Shown one piece after another: positions 8,016 through 18,400 of a DNA stretch of 19,087 nucleotides. Position numbers and translations under genes: made by a program. Position 1 is the stretch's first letter; every line of letters begins with the position of its first letter. Source of the DNA: Paramicrosporidium saccamoebae KSL3 (Eukaryota > Fungi > Cryptomycota); the NCBI GenBank assembly GCA_002794465.1, contig MTSL01000191.1:26029-45115 (forward strand), read 5' to 3'. The notes beneath the pieces were generated by a model. The model did not search any database and was not told where the DNA came from. It saw only the letters and a list, made by a program, of their open reading frames with translations.

Positions 8016-9458
8016 ATGTTATGGCAACGCGTTCGACCTTTAATTACAACCAATCCCGGAAGAAAAGGTCATTTTTGGCTGTCGAACATGCACTCGAAAA
8101 AAGTCCCGAAGCCGGCAAAACGAGCCTCATGCTATGGGGAGAAAGATGTCTGGGCAATTTTCACGCCGTTGGCTGTTCAGCACAACTCCGTAAACTTGGG
8201 TCAAGGGTTTCCCAATATTCCTGCTCCTGACTTTGTCAAAGTCTGCAAATTTCAGCCTTTAATAATTTTGTAGGAGTCTGCCTGCAAGGCTGTAGACTCC
8301 AATTTGAATCAATATGCTCCTTCAAAGGGTCTTCCTCGTCTTAGACAAGTAGACTGGGGAGGGATCTCAACTTGTAGGCCTTGGCAGATTCGTACAGTAG
8401 CATGTTTACGCGCCAACTCGACAGAGATCGTGAAGTGCTTGTGACACAGGGAGCTAATCAGGGAATCGCCGTCGCCATGCAGGCTTTTATTGAGCCTGGA
8501 GACGAAGTGATTTTGATTGAGCCGTTCTTTGATATTTACAAACCATCCGTTGAAGTAGCGGGTGGCAAGGTAGTGACCGTCCCTCTTAGACTCAAAAAGG
8601 AATTTACTGGAGTGATATCCGCCAACGAATGGGTACTAGATTTTACTGAATTAGAAGGAAAAGTGTCTTCAAAGACCAAGGCAATCTTAATCAACAATCC
8701 CCACAACCCAACTGGAAAGCTCTTCTCCAAGGAGGAATTGCAAAAGATTGCTGATGTTGCTATTAAAAACAATTTGCTCGTGCTCTCTGATGAAGTGGTA
8801 CAATCCCATTCCATGACAATAGCATTTATAGTACGATCGCCTTGTTTACGGGCAGCCATTTGAGCGAATTGCCAACTTGCCTGGAATGTGGGAGAGAACG
8901 CTTACATTTGGCTCTGGAGGCAAGACTTTTGGGGTCACTGGATGGCGCATTGGATGGATTATTGCGCCGGATCACCTGATCAAGTACATTTTGGCCGTGC
9001 ACGCCCGCACCGTCTTCACCACCCCCACTCCCCTCCAGGATGCCGTTGCTGCCGGTTTGGAACATTGCCAAAAGAGCAACTACTTTGAAGAGACTTGCAA
9101 AGATTACCAGCGCCGCCGAGATAGCGCGATGCAAATCTTTACAGATTTGGGTCTGCCAGTTGCCGTTCCGCACGGTTCATACTTTTTCATGGTCAATACT
9201 TCAAAAATCCAAGTCGATTTGCCAAAGCGCCAGTCTGAAGAGTCTGCTGATCCAAATGTTATGGAAACCCGGGACTATGCAATGTGCCGCTGGTTGACAA
9301 CAGAGTTTGGAGTCACTGCTATTCCGCCCTCCGCTTTTTATGAACCCGAGAATAAGAGCATGGCCGAGAACTTGATTCGGATCTGTTTTTGCAAATCGGA
9401 CGAGACTCTTGAAGCTGCTCGTGAGCGTCTCCAAAAGCTGAAGCAGTACATTAACTAG
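8016..9458 (+). CDS. BNA3: Kynurenine/glutamine aminotransferase (Bna3/KYAT family, PLP class I/II); 4 exons
   Basis: Exons 8016-8240, 8274-8348, 8378-8797, 8832-9458; introns 8241-8273 (33 nt), 8349-8377 (29 nt), 8798-8831 (34 nt). Motifs VNLGQGFP, NQYAPSKG, VTQGANQG, EPFFDIY, NNPHNPTGK, SDEVYDRL (spans the third junction), GSGGKTFGVTGWRIGW (PLP lysine), IPPSAFY, RICFCK. Confidence 0.93.
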
Positions 9459-9652
9459 TGAACCGTTGTACTGGTGTCAGGATGTGAAGTGGCGGATTGA
9501 TCTGATTGCATATTAGCACTATGTTTGTAAGCCCAAAAATTGGTAGTAAACGAATGCCATATTGTCCCAGACAAATAACAGTGACAGTCCGTGGTGACTC
9601 TTCCCACCACACGCCCCTACTAGTCCTATGGCTAAGCATCTGGAGTAAGGTT

Positions 9653-9670
9653 AAAAAATTTATACCAAAA
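9653..9670 (-). terminator. Pol III terminator T-tracts downstream of tRNA-Gln
   Basis: Minus strand T4 at 9670-9667 and T6 at 9658-9653, starting 8 nt after the tRNA 3' end. Confidence 0.65.
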
Positions 9671-9678
9671 GTGAGCAA

Positions 9679-9749
9679 TGGTCTTACCGAGAATCGAACT
9701 CGGGTTACAGGATTCAGAGTCCTGGGTGCTACCGCTACACCATAAGACC
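9679..9749 (-). tRNA. tRNA-Gln (anticodon CTG), intronless
   Basis: GGTCTTA TG GTGTAGCGGTAGCAC C CAGGA CT CTG AA TCCTG TAAC CCGAG TTCGATT CTCGG TAAGACC A: perfect 7-bp acceptor stem, 5-bp anticodon and T stems, TTCG T-loop. Confidence 0.97.
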
Positions 9750-9913
9750 GCATTGAAAGTTGCAAATTATAATATCATAACCCTCAGTTAAAATGCCGCT
9801 GGTAGTGTACTGCCGCTGATATGCGACTGGGTTTTAATTGTATGCCTCATATTACATCAGTACTCTAAAGTGTGTCTCGGGGTAGTATTCTCGGTCGTGC
9901 TCTAAAAAAAGAG

Positions 9914-9923
9914 TACCCCGGTC
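9914..9923. promoter_or_regulatory. Candidate cis-element TACCCCGGTC upstream of RRP12 (inverted core copy CGGGGTA at 9878-9884)
   Basis: Identical to 5061-5070 and 11 nt before the first in-frame ATG of RRP12. Confidence 0.5.
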
Positions 9924-9934
9924 GGCCAGTTGGA

Positions 9935-12900
9935 ATGTCGCGACGGAAGGGGCGTACTACCTCTGCAGTAGAAGGGACCAAGGGTCTTCCTTCGGTCCAG
10001 ATGCAAGAGTTTGGAGCTGATGACGCCTTCCGTAGCATCAGATACAACCGAAACACTCAACTTGAGAACCAGAAGCTTGCGCTTTCCTTGCTTGAAGCTA
10101 CCGAGACTGTACGGATCTAAATAGCATAGAGTAATCTTTAGACGTTGAGAGAGCAGAAGCTCGACTTTGTGGCTGAAAACTATTTTATGGCTCTGTGGCC
10201 TCTTTTAGATAACGAAGACAAGGAGAACGCAGGTTCCATGGGAAAGGGACAAGCCTGTGATTTTAGCACCTCAGTTATATATCTCGTCTCCTTTGTTGTT
10301 CCTCAGCTCAAGACTGAGTTTATCCAAAGGGAGTACTCTCTGATATACGCCAAGCTCTCGGGCGCCCTAGAGCGTTTCGTCAGTGTTGCTCCGTTTGTTC
10401 GTTCTGCTATAGCTGTTCTACAGGCCGTCCTCTGTGCCTTTGATGCTGCAGCCTGGGAAGACAAGGAATCACTGAAGGAACTGTTATCCCACCTTTTGCA
10501 GCTCGCAGTTGATCCCCGACCCAAGGTGCGCAAGCTTGCTCAGGATTCAGTGTTGGCCTTTTGCCGCTGCGATGCCTTTGTCAGCGGCGACCATCCTGCA
10601 AAGGGAGACGTTTTGAATTTTTTTACCGGACTGCTTCAGCGCGCCTCTCGAAAAGACTCAGTGGATGCACTTCATATAATTCCTTTGCTGCGTTCCATGG
10701 CACCGCAGATGACACACGAAGAAGTCACGGCCTTGGCTGTTCCACTTTTAAATACTGCAGGCTTGGGTAATAACCACCTCACGATTGCTGTCTATAACTT
10801 TGTTGCTTTACTGGGTGACATGTGTCTTGGTTCCAGACCGGATCTCCTCACTGCTGATTGTTCTCGAATTATGATGAAATTTATTCAGCAGCAGCGTCCA
10901 GACGTCACGGTGTCTGATCTCATCCCTGCCTGGCTTAATGTTTACTGCAAAGTTCTTCGTGTCAACTCGCTGTTGGACAATACTGTTGATTTGTCTCAAA
11001 ATTTCAATCTAATCTTGGAGTACTTGGTGTCCACAGAAGCGAACATTCTCCAATCTATCGAGGAGGGCCTTCGTCTTGTCTATTGCCTGGTGGCAGTAGA
11101 ATCACTTGGTGCAGTCATCTGCCAAGAGCTGGGAAAATGGCTTCACATGAAGAATGCCGCCGTGGCACCGTACGTCATTCGTAGTATTGGTGATTTCTGT
11201 CGAGAATCAGGCTTTGACGTGTTACAATGTTCACAAGAGTTGCTCAAATTGCTAGCCGAGATGCATGATTCGAAGCAAGCCAAGCACGCTTTTCTAATTG
11301 AAAAGGCGATCGGCCAATACGTTTCTCGTTACGGGCCTGAGGCTATCCTTGAAGTTATTCCACTGAACCTTGATGGCCACGCTGCTCCTCGCGCATGGCT
11401 CCTCCCAGTTTTAAAGGACAATGTATCCCATGCAAATCTTGAGTACTTCAAGTCGACACTTGTTCCACTTGCTGCCAAACTTGATTCTAAATGTGAGCAG
11501 TACAAAAAGTCGGGCAAGCTGAATGATGCCAAGGTTTATCAGGTTATTGTGCATCAAATTTGGGCCACCCTTCCTGCCTTTATGACGTTCCCCAAGGATT
11601 TTTCAGCAGTTATCGATGCCTTGGCACCTGTTCTTGGACAACAGCTCAACAACAATCCTTTGCTACGCCCAGTTATTGCCAATGCCTTGACGTCTTTCAT
11701 CAGGAGAGGCCAGTCTTTGGAGAATGATGTTGATAATGTTGCCGGAGAAGAACTGTGCATCCTGGCGGCTTCTGATATCCAAAAGATATCCAGTTTTAGC
11801 GGAAACTTTCTTCCCATTCTTTTCAACATTTACGGCACCACTGAGCCAGAACAGCGTGGATATCTATTGACTTGTATTGAGGCCTTCCTTAGCATCACAC
11901 CGATTGAGACGATCCACAACTACTTTGAACGCATCGTCGCTCGACTCCAAGCTCAAAGTGGCCATCCTGATGAATTGATTTCTCTGCTAGAAATTTCTTC
12001 CGTCCTTGTTGTTCGTTTGGATGTCACCAAGGACTACGCAGGGTTGATGAGTGTTATTCTTCCCTTGATGTCTAGCACCGAAGTTTCTGTCCAAAAGCGT
12101 GCATACCGCGTTGTTGGCGATTTGCTGTCACGTGAAGACTACACAGTTGATTTAGACCAACTGGAAAAGGCGCTGATTGCTGCTTATGAAGCTCACACTA
12201 TTGACTCGGCAGTCAAAAAAGTCCGGTTCCGAGTTCTTCTCAAGTTGACTTCTCAGCTATCTGATGATTCGCTTCACATTATCCCACTGTTCCTGCCTGA
12301 AACTGTGCTTGGAACGAAGGAGGTAAACCAACAAGCCCGCCTGCTGGCATTTGAACTGCTTCTTGCGTTTGCTCGCCGCATGTCGCGTGGTGGTTTGATA
12401 ATTGCTGGAAAGACGGGTGGAATGTTGGCAAATGACACGACTGCATCACTTGATGAATACATGACAATGCTGGTGGCTGGATTGGCTGGATCGACACCTC
12501 ACATGATTAGTGCTTCCATTATGGCAATTGCTCGTGTTTTATTTGAAATGCGATCTTCCATCAACGCCGAATTGCTGTCGGTACTTTTTGGTGATATTAT
12601 CTCCATCCTCCACTCGCCTTCCCGTGAGGTAGTTAAATCTGCTCTTGGGTTTATCAAGGTGACGCTTGCGTCTGTCCACAAAACTGACGACGGGGTCGAT
12701 TTACTGGACGGGCATTTGGGAGAGCTTATCAATGGACTATTGACCTGGTCAAATGAGCACCATCAGCAATTCAAGGTCCGTGTCCGTCACTTGATGGAAC
12801 GTCTCGTTCGTCGTTTTGGATTTGAGCGCGTCTGGGAATTGACTCCAGTTGCTCACCAAAAGCTGTTGACTAATATTCGCAAAAGACGCGAGAGATTAAA

Positions 12901-13549
12901 GCGCCAAAAGCAACAAGGAGGGGTCCCTGAGAATGATACTGCAGAGCCAGAATATGATGGCGACAAATTTGATTCGATAACTAACATTAGCATGATTACC
13001 AAGGCCGGTGCTGCTGGCCTTCGTGCTTCTTCAAAATTCGAGTCGGCCCTCAATGATTCTGACAGCGAGCTTGAGGATTCTGATGAGGACGAAATCCCTG
13101 CTGATTCCATCCTTCATGATCTTGCCAACGTCGATAACGATGATGAAATTGAAACAATTCTCAGTCGTAAACTATCCTTGGCTACTTCGCTCTCACGATC
13201 TGCTCCGACAAAGAAACGTGTCGTTCGAGAGGACTCTTCTGACGATGAAAATGTTCGCTTAGATGACAGCGGTAAGATGATGATCAGCGAGGAAGACACG
13301 GAGGAGGAGAATGACGATGATCACGACGATGAACCAGCCTCTGGGAAGAAGCAAGTCCGATTTGCCAGTGAAGCGAAGCATTCGCAGAAACGCGCAAAGA
13401 AACAGCGTGGAGATGCCAAACGTCGTGACGACAAATTTGAACCTTTTTCATATCTTCCCATGACCCGTGCCACCAAGAAGAATTCCGGTCAAGCCAGTGC
13501 TAACGGCAATGGCAAAAAGACGCCTAAATACTATATGAAGAGAGCATGA
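9935..13549 (+). CDS. RRP12: Ribosomal RNA processing protein 12 (HEAT-repeat, NUC173 domain); 2 exons
   Basis: Exons 9935-10108 and 10142-13549; intron 10109-10141 (33 nt). Motifs IR...LENQKLAL.LLEA..TL.EQ, DPRPKVRKLAQ, RAWLLPVLKD, QIWATLPAF, LPILFNIY, SREVVKSALGFIKV, RRFGFE, GDAKRRDDKFEPFSYLPM. A second candidate start is at 10001. Confidence 0.95.
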
Positions 13550-13677
13550 AGACGCCAAGCTAATAATGTTAGAGTATACCTCTGGACTATGGCCCGTATA
13601 TAAAGGGTCTGTCTTTACCACAAACCTTACAAATAGACATTATTATTCATTCGTTATTATTCTACTACCTAACAGAG

Positions 13678-14691
13678 TCAGTGTTTATTAGCAACGTAAT
13701 CGAGGACTCGACGCGTCTTTATCGAAATGGCCCTTTGATACCACATCAAGGTCCTCATCAGATCCCGACCAGCTATGACAACGACGCCGCCCAGTACTGT
13801 TCTATGAAATGGATCCATTTTAGTGACTCTGCCAAACAGTGCATATCCAACGGCGGACGAGATAACTGGCAACAAAAGGGTGGAGACGGTGCCGATGACG
13901 CTAATCTTTAGAGTGCGATCCTCCATCTCCTCATCCACGGTAGAGTCAAAACTGGAAAATGGACTAAATCCATCCTCTTCCTCTTCAAAGGGAGTGTTGG
14001 CACTTGGCACCAGCCTCTCCCTTAGAGCCGGGAGCATTATTTGTCGCACAATCCCCTCATATGCAATCGCCATCAGTGGAATCATTGACGCCAATGTGCT
14101 GTATGGAAGCGGCCAGCGCAGTCTCAACGACTGTGGGCCCGCCCAGACCAGTGCTGGAATGAAGGGATGGAGCCACTGCAGGCCACTATATCGCAGAGAC
14201 AATACATACAAAGAAAGCAGCGGCATCCCAATGGTGACACGCGAGGCAGACACTATGTGCTGTACAGTGGCGGGTCCCCGCAAAGAGGAGAACAGCTTGA
14301 CAAGCTGAGGACGGCCGAGGACAGCTGCTGTAGTGCCGACTCCATATGCAAAAGAAACAAGATATGCGCTTGCGACGAAACCACCCAAGCTCGCATACAT
14401 TAATATCCGCTCTTTCATGACCACGGAACGGTCTAATATCCTCAAAATCCATCGTGGCAGGACATACTCTTCAGCCATCCGATATTCAGTGTGGCACTGT
14501 GGACACTGTGCCGAGGCCGCTACCAGTGAATCCCCTTCGGCACGTTTGTCAAGCCACGACAGCAGACATTTTTGGTGCACCCACCGAGAGGTGCCCCGAC
14601 AGCGACACGGCCGAACCCACTCTTCTGCAGATGCTGCCTGGCCTTCCTCAAAGCATATCCAACACTGCCGCCCACTTTCCTGGCTATCCAT
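13678..14691 (-). CDS. MARCH5: RING-CH (MARCH5/MITOL-like) membrane E3 ubiquitin ligase
   Basis: CWICFEE...EEWVRPCRCRGTSRWVHQKCLLSWLD...CPQCHTEY (C4HC3) closely follows MARCH5. Four or more hydrophobic segments follow, and the C-terminus reads RRVLDY. First ATG is at 14691; the track start at 14712 is a TTG. Confidence 0.88.
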   Translation of the reverse strand: MDSQESGRQCWICFEEGQAASAEEWVRPCRCRGTSRWVHQKCLLSWLDKRAEGDSLVAASAQCPQCHTEYRMAEEYVLPRWILRILDRSVVMKERILMYASLGGFVASAYLVSFAYGVGTTAAVLGRPQLVKLFSSLRGPATVQHIVSASRVTIGMPLLSLYVLSLRYSGLQWLHPFIPALVWAGPQSLRLRWPLPYSTLASMIPLMAIAYEGIVRQIMLPALRERLVPSANTPFEEEEDGFSPFSSFDSTVDEEMEDRTLKISVIGTVSTLLLPVISSAVGYALFGRVTKMDPFHRTVLGGVVVIAGRDLMRTLMWYQRAISIKTRRVLDYVANKH

Positions 14692-14743
14692 GTATCGCCA
14701 ACTGAGAGCCAATCAGAACCATCTTTATAATATCCGGACTATC

Positions 14744-15187
14744 CTAATATGGCAATTTTTTCCTAGCAGCTGCAATCTTTTCCTCCACTCGTGTCTACAG
14801 TGTAAGAGAGATGAGAGTTGTGTCTGCACCTGACGCCATTCCTCCACGTTCTGGTTCATCTTGGCAACTTGCTGCTTAACGAAATCGTATCTACAAGGAT
14901 AACGCCGACTACCATGTGTACTTGATTTCTCGGCATGCATCCCGATAGGTAATGTCGGGAGGGATGTAAATGCTCGTATCAGGAGGGGGAATAGGCGGTA
15001 GTCCGACCTTGACGGGATCAACCCCGACTAGTAATAGTTTTTCCCGAAGTCGTGCTGTGCGTCCAGGCGGGAACGCAGGCGGCAAAACTCCGCTTTTTGT
15101 TTTGCGAGGCATAAACTCGGCCGGTTTCAGCACCAACTGACCGGCAAGAATCCGCTTGAATATTGAATCTGGAGGTCGAATCACCAT
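14744..15187 (-). CDS. Probable mitochondrial ribosomal protein mL59 (MRPL25-like); 3 exons, 125 aa
   Basis: Exons 15187-14922, 14890-14830, 14794-14744; introns 14921-14891 (31 nt) and 14829-14795 (35 nt) match the local intron style and join two track ORFs. Product MVIRPPDSIFKR...AEFMPRKTKSGVLPPAFPPGRTARLREKLLLVGVDP..VGLPP...REIKYDFVKQQVAKMNQNVEEWRQTRVEEKIAAARKKLPY. The gene model is well supported; the family call is from remembered motif resemblance only. Confidence 0.55.
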
Positions 15188-15248
15188 GATGAAATGCAAA
15201 TTGTTTATTCTTATAATTCCAGGCAAGACTGAAGGCTTTTGATTCGTT

Positions 15249-15382
15249 ACATATTCATAAAGTTTGCGGTTGCAATCAAGGCTGGGGGCGCAAACCCTCA
15301 CATATTCATATAGTTTGCGGTTGTGATCAAGGCTGGGGGCGCGAACCCTCACACATTCATATAGTTTGCGGTTGCGATCAAG
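15249..15382. repeat. 51-bp tandem repeat, about 2.6 copies
   Basis: Units 15249-15299, 15300-15350 and partial 15351-15382; consensus ACATATTCATATAGTTTGCGGTTGYRATCAAGGCTGGGGGCGCRAACCCTC. 4 mismatches between units 1 and 2, and 2 between unit 2 and the partial unit. Confidence 0.95.
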
Positions 15383-15488
15383 ATCTTTTATTGGGGGGTT
15401 GACCTGTAGATGTACACTCTTACAGTTGCTGGTCCGTAAATATAAAATAGCTCTCTCTCACACCTCTTACACCTTCCACACATTCTTG

Positions 15489-18400
15489 TCAGTCAACCAT
15501 GAGACGGGGTGTTATGCTCATGCTCATTAATTCTTGACAGAGCAATTTAAAGGCATAGGGGATTCTGACTTGGGATATCTGGGTCTTGTTGCGACAGGCC
15601 CGACACTCAAAACTTCCTTTGCGTAGATTGGCCACCGCCATCAAGCCACATAAATCACATACAAATACACGGTATTGATCAGATACTTCAAACAGACGCT
15701 CCTTTAAAAACTGGGACGCTCCATGGGAAATCATACAATCGCGTTCCATCTCACCAAAACGAAGACCACCGTCACGGGATCTACCTTCCACAGGTTGCCT
15801 TGTCAAGATCTGGACTGGACCGCGAGCACGAGCGTGAATTTTGTCATCCACCATGTGCTTGAGTCGCTGGTAATATGTGGGACCCAAGAAGATTTGGGCC
15901 GCCAGCTTCCTCCCAGTGTGGCCGTTGTACATGACCTCGTATCCACGCTGTTGGTAGCCGTTCGCCTGAAGCATATTTGAAATTGCCTCAACTGTGACAT
16001 CGGTGAAGGGAGTTGCATCACCTTCCTCGCCCGTGAGTGCAGACACTTTACCAAGAAGACACTCGACCAAATGACCAATTGTCATACGACTAGGAATGGC
16101 GTGGGGATTAATGATAATGTCGGGAGTGATTCCCTCGGCAGTGAATGGCATATCTTCCTGTCGATAAGTGATGCCCACCGTACCCTTCTGTCCGTGTCTA
16201 CTGGCAAATTTGTCACCCATTTGAGGTTCACGTTTAGAACGGATGCGCACTTTTGTAAATTTGAATCCCTCGGCGTTCGTTGTGACCATTACCTGGTCAA
16301 CAATTCCGTTTTCCGTTGATCTCAATGGCGTGCTGGCATCACGGTGGGTGTGTTGAGCAGTACGTTGGCCAAGCTCTTCGCTATTCTCAGGCAATGGGAC
16401 TAGCTTTCCAATAATGACATCTTCGCCTGCAACCCGCGTTCCGGGAGCAACAAGTCCATCGGCTTCAATTTTTTCATAAGTTCCATGTCTCATCCTAAGA
16501 GTGTACTCCCTCTCGGGTCGTGCAAATTCCTCGGCCTGTAACATGCCAACTTTTCTCTCCTCGTCTGTATATGTTCTATAAAAAATTGATCTAAATAATC
16601 CGCGATCAATTGCACTCTGGTTCATAATGACGGAATCTTCCTGATTGTATCCAGAGTAGCAAGCAATGGCAACGATGGCATTCTGTCCGGCCGGCAACTC
16701 GCGGAAATGCAAATACTCCATGGACCGGGTTGTGACAAGAGGCTTCTGGGGATAAAACAGCAAATGTGCCATTGTATCCATACGCAGCTGATAGTTTGTC
16801 GCATAAATTCCCATCGCCTGCTTGCCCATGGCAGATTGATAAGTATTACGGGGCGACTGATTATGATCAGGGAAGGGAATGATGGAGGCACAAATTCCAA
16901 GAATCATGGACGGATGAATCTCGCAATGAGTATACTTGTTGGTGTAGGGTTCTTTCTGACGACGAGACTCGGCTAATTCATCTGGCGTCATGCAAATCAT
17001 TGCACTCTCCTCCTCTTCAACATCGATGAATTCACAGACTCCAGTTCTAACCAATTGCTCCCATCCAAAGTTGCTAATCTCCTTTTGTTGTAATTGGGCA
17101 ATGTGCGCCTTTCGCAATAGTAGTCGTTGCTGTCCGTCATCAACGATAAAAAGCGGCCGACAGCAGCGGCCGGCGTCGGTAGAAAGACGAAGCTCTTGAT
17201 CGCGAATGTCACGAACAATAGAAACTTCAGAGTTAATGTCACCGCATCTCCGGAGACGACGCAATGTACGGACAAGATGCTCCGGCTCACGATGGATACC
17301 AATCCAGCTTCCATTCAAAAGAATCTTGGTGGCTTCTGGGATGACAGCCGGCGATATTTCTTCCAAATTTTCCATGGTCCAATCTTCAAGGAATTTCAAG
17401 ATCGGCTGTGTGGAAGAGCCCACGGAAATATAAGCCATCAGAGCCAAATTCTTGACAAGACCACAGGCTTGACCTTCTGGGGTCTCAGCGGGGCATACCA
17501 TGCCCCAGTGAGTATTGTGCAGCTGACGGGGTTTGGCAAGTTTGCCTTCTCGTCCAATTGGCGTGTTTACTCGGCGAAGATGAGACAGCGTGGAAGCATA
17601 GGTGTATCGATTCAAGACTTGCGACACTCCTGCCCTGCTCATCATCCCTTTACTCTGTTCTCCCCAATTACCCGTGGCCAAGGCATACTTTAAGCCGTTA
17701 GTAATGGTGTTGGACTTGACAGCAAGAGTCAGATTAAACTCTCGATTGGTGTCGATGCACTTTTGTAGATACTTTCCAACATCCCGAGTCAGCTTACGGA
17801 AGAGAATCCGGAAAAGGAATCCCAAAAGAGGGCCACCCAGATCCATCCTCTTCTTTCCATAATGGTCGCGATCATCCAGCTCACGTCGTTCCAGGGCCAC
17901 TTGAAGCAGCTTGTTAATCATGTAGCCAAAGAAAAAGGCCTTTTTGGTCTCTACAAACTCGCTAGTTCCCAAATGGGGCAAGAATTCCTTTTGAAGAATT
18001 TCACGTGCATACTTGATACGCTTCTCTCTTGTGGCCCCCACAGTCATACCACGCTTTCCAATATAATCGAGAGCAATATTCTGTTCTTGAATCACAAATG
18101 CCTCTTCAATGCAAGGCTTTAACAGCTCAAGCATGTGCTGGTCCTTGAGTTCATGACAAATGTGCTCTAAAATATCTCGATCCGAGACGATTCCCAGTGC
18201 ACGGAACACGACAAAAATCGGAATGTCTTGTTTGATGTATGGCAGGGTGCAGCGGATATATTGGCCAGAGACGCCGCGTTCTGTCGAGCGAGACATTTTA
18301 ATAGCAAGCGGACTGAGTTGACGAGTTCCCTTTTCCGCAAGAGAGCGAATCTCGGAAACGTAAGAGTATGGGGAGGGGGCTGGCTTTGAGTGGACATGTA

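Noticed and set aside
9533-9636. Sm-site-like AATTTTTGG (minus, 9541-9533) and U2-like CCTATGGCTAAG (plus, 9625-9636)
   Set aside because: They are on opposite strands. No U2 branch-pairing GTAGTA, U1 5' end or U5 loop is nearby.
9451-9765. ORFs 9451-9765 (minus) and 9506-9745 (plus) in the BNA3-RRP12 gap
   Set aside because: They overlap the tRNA-Gln gene, start at non-ATG codons and lack protein-like features.
15249-15382. CRISPR-like or tRNA/SINE interpretation of the 51-bp repeat
   Set aside because: Units are directly adjacent with no unique spacers, and the context is eukaryotic. There is no cloverleaf or A-box, only a loose B-box resemblance.
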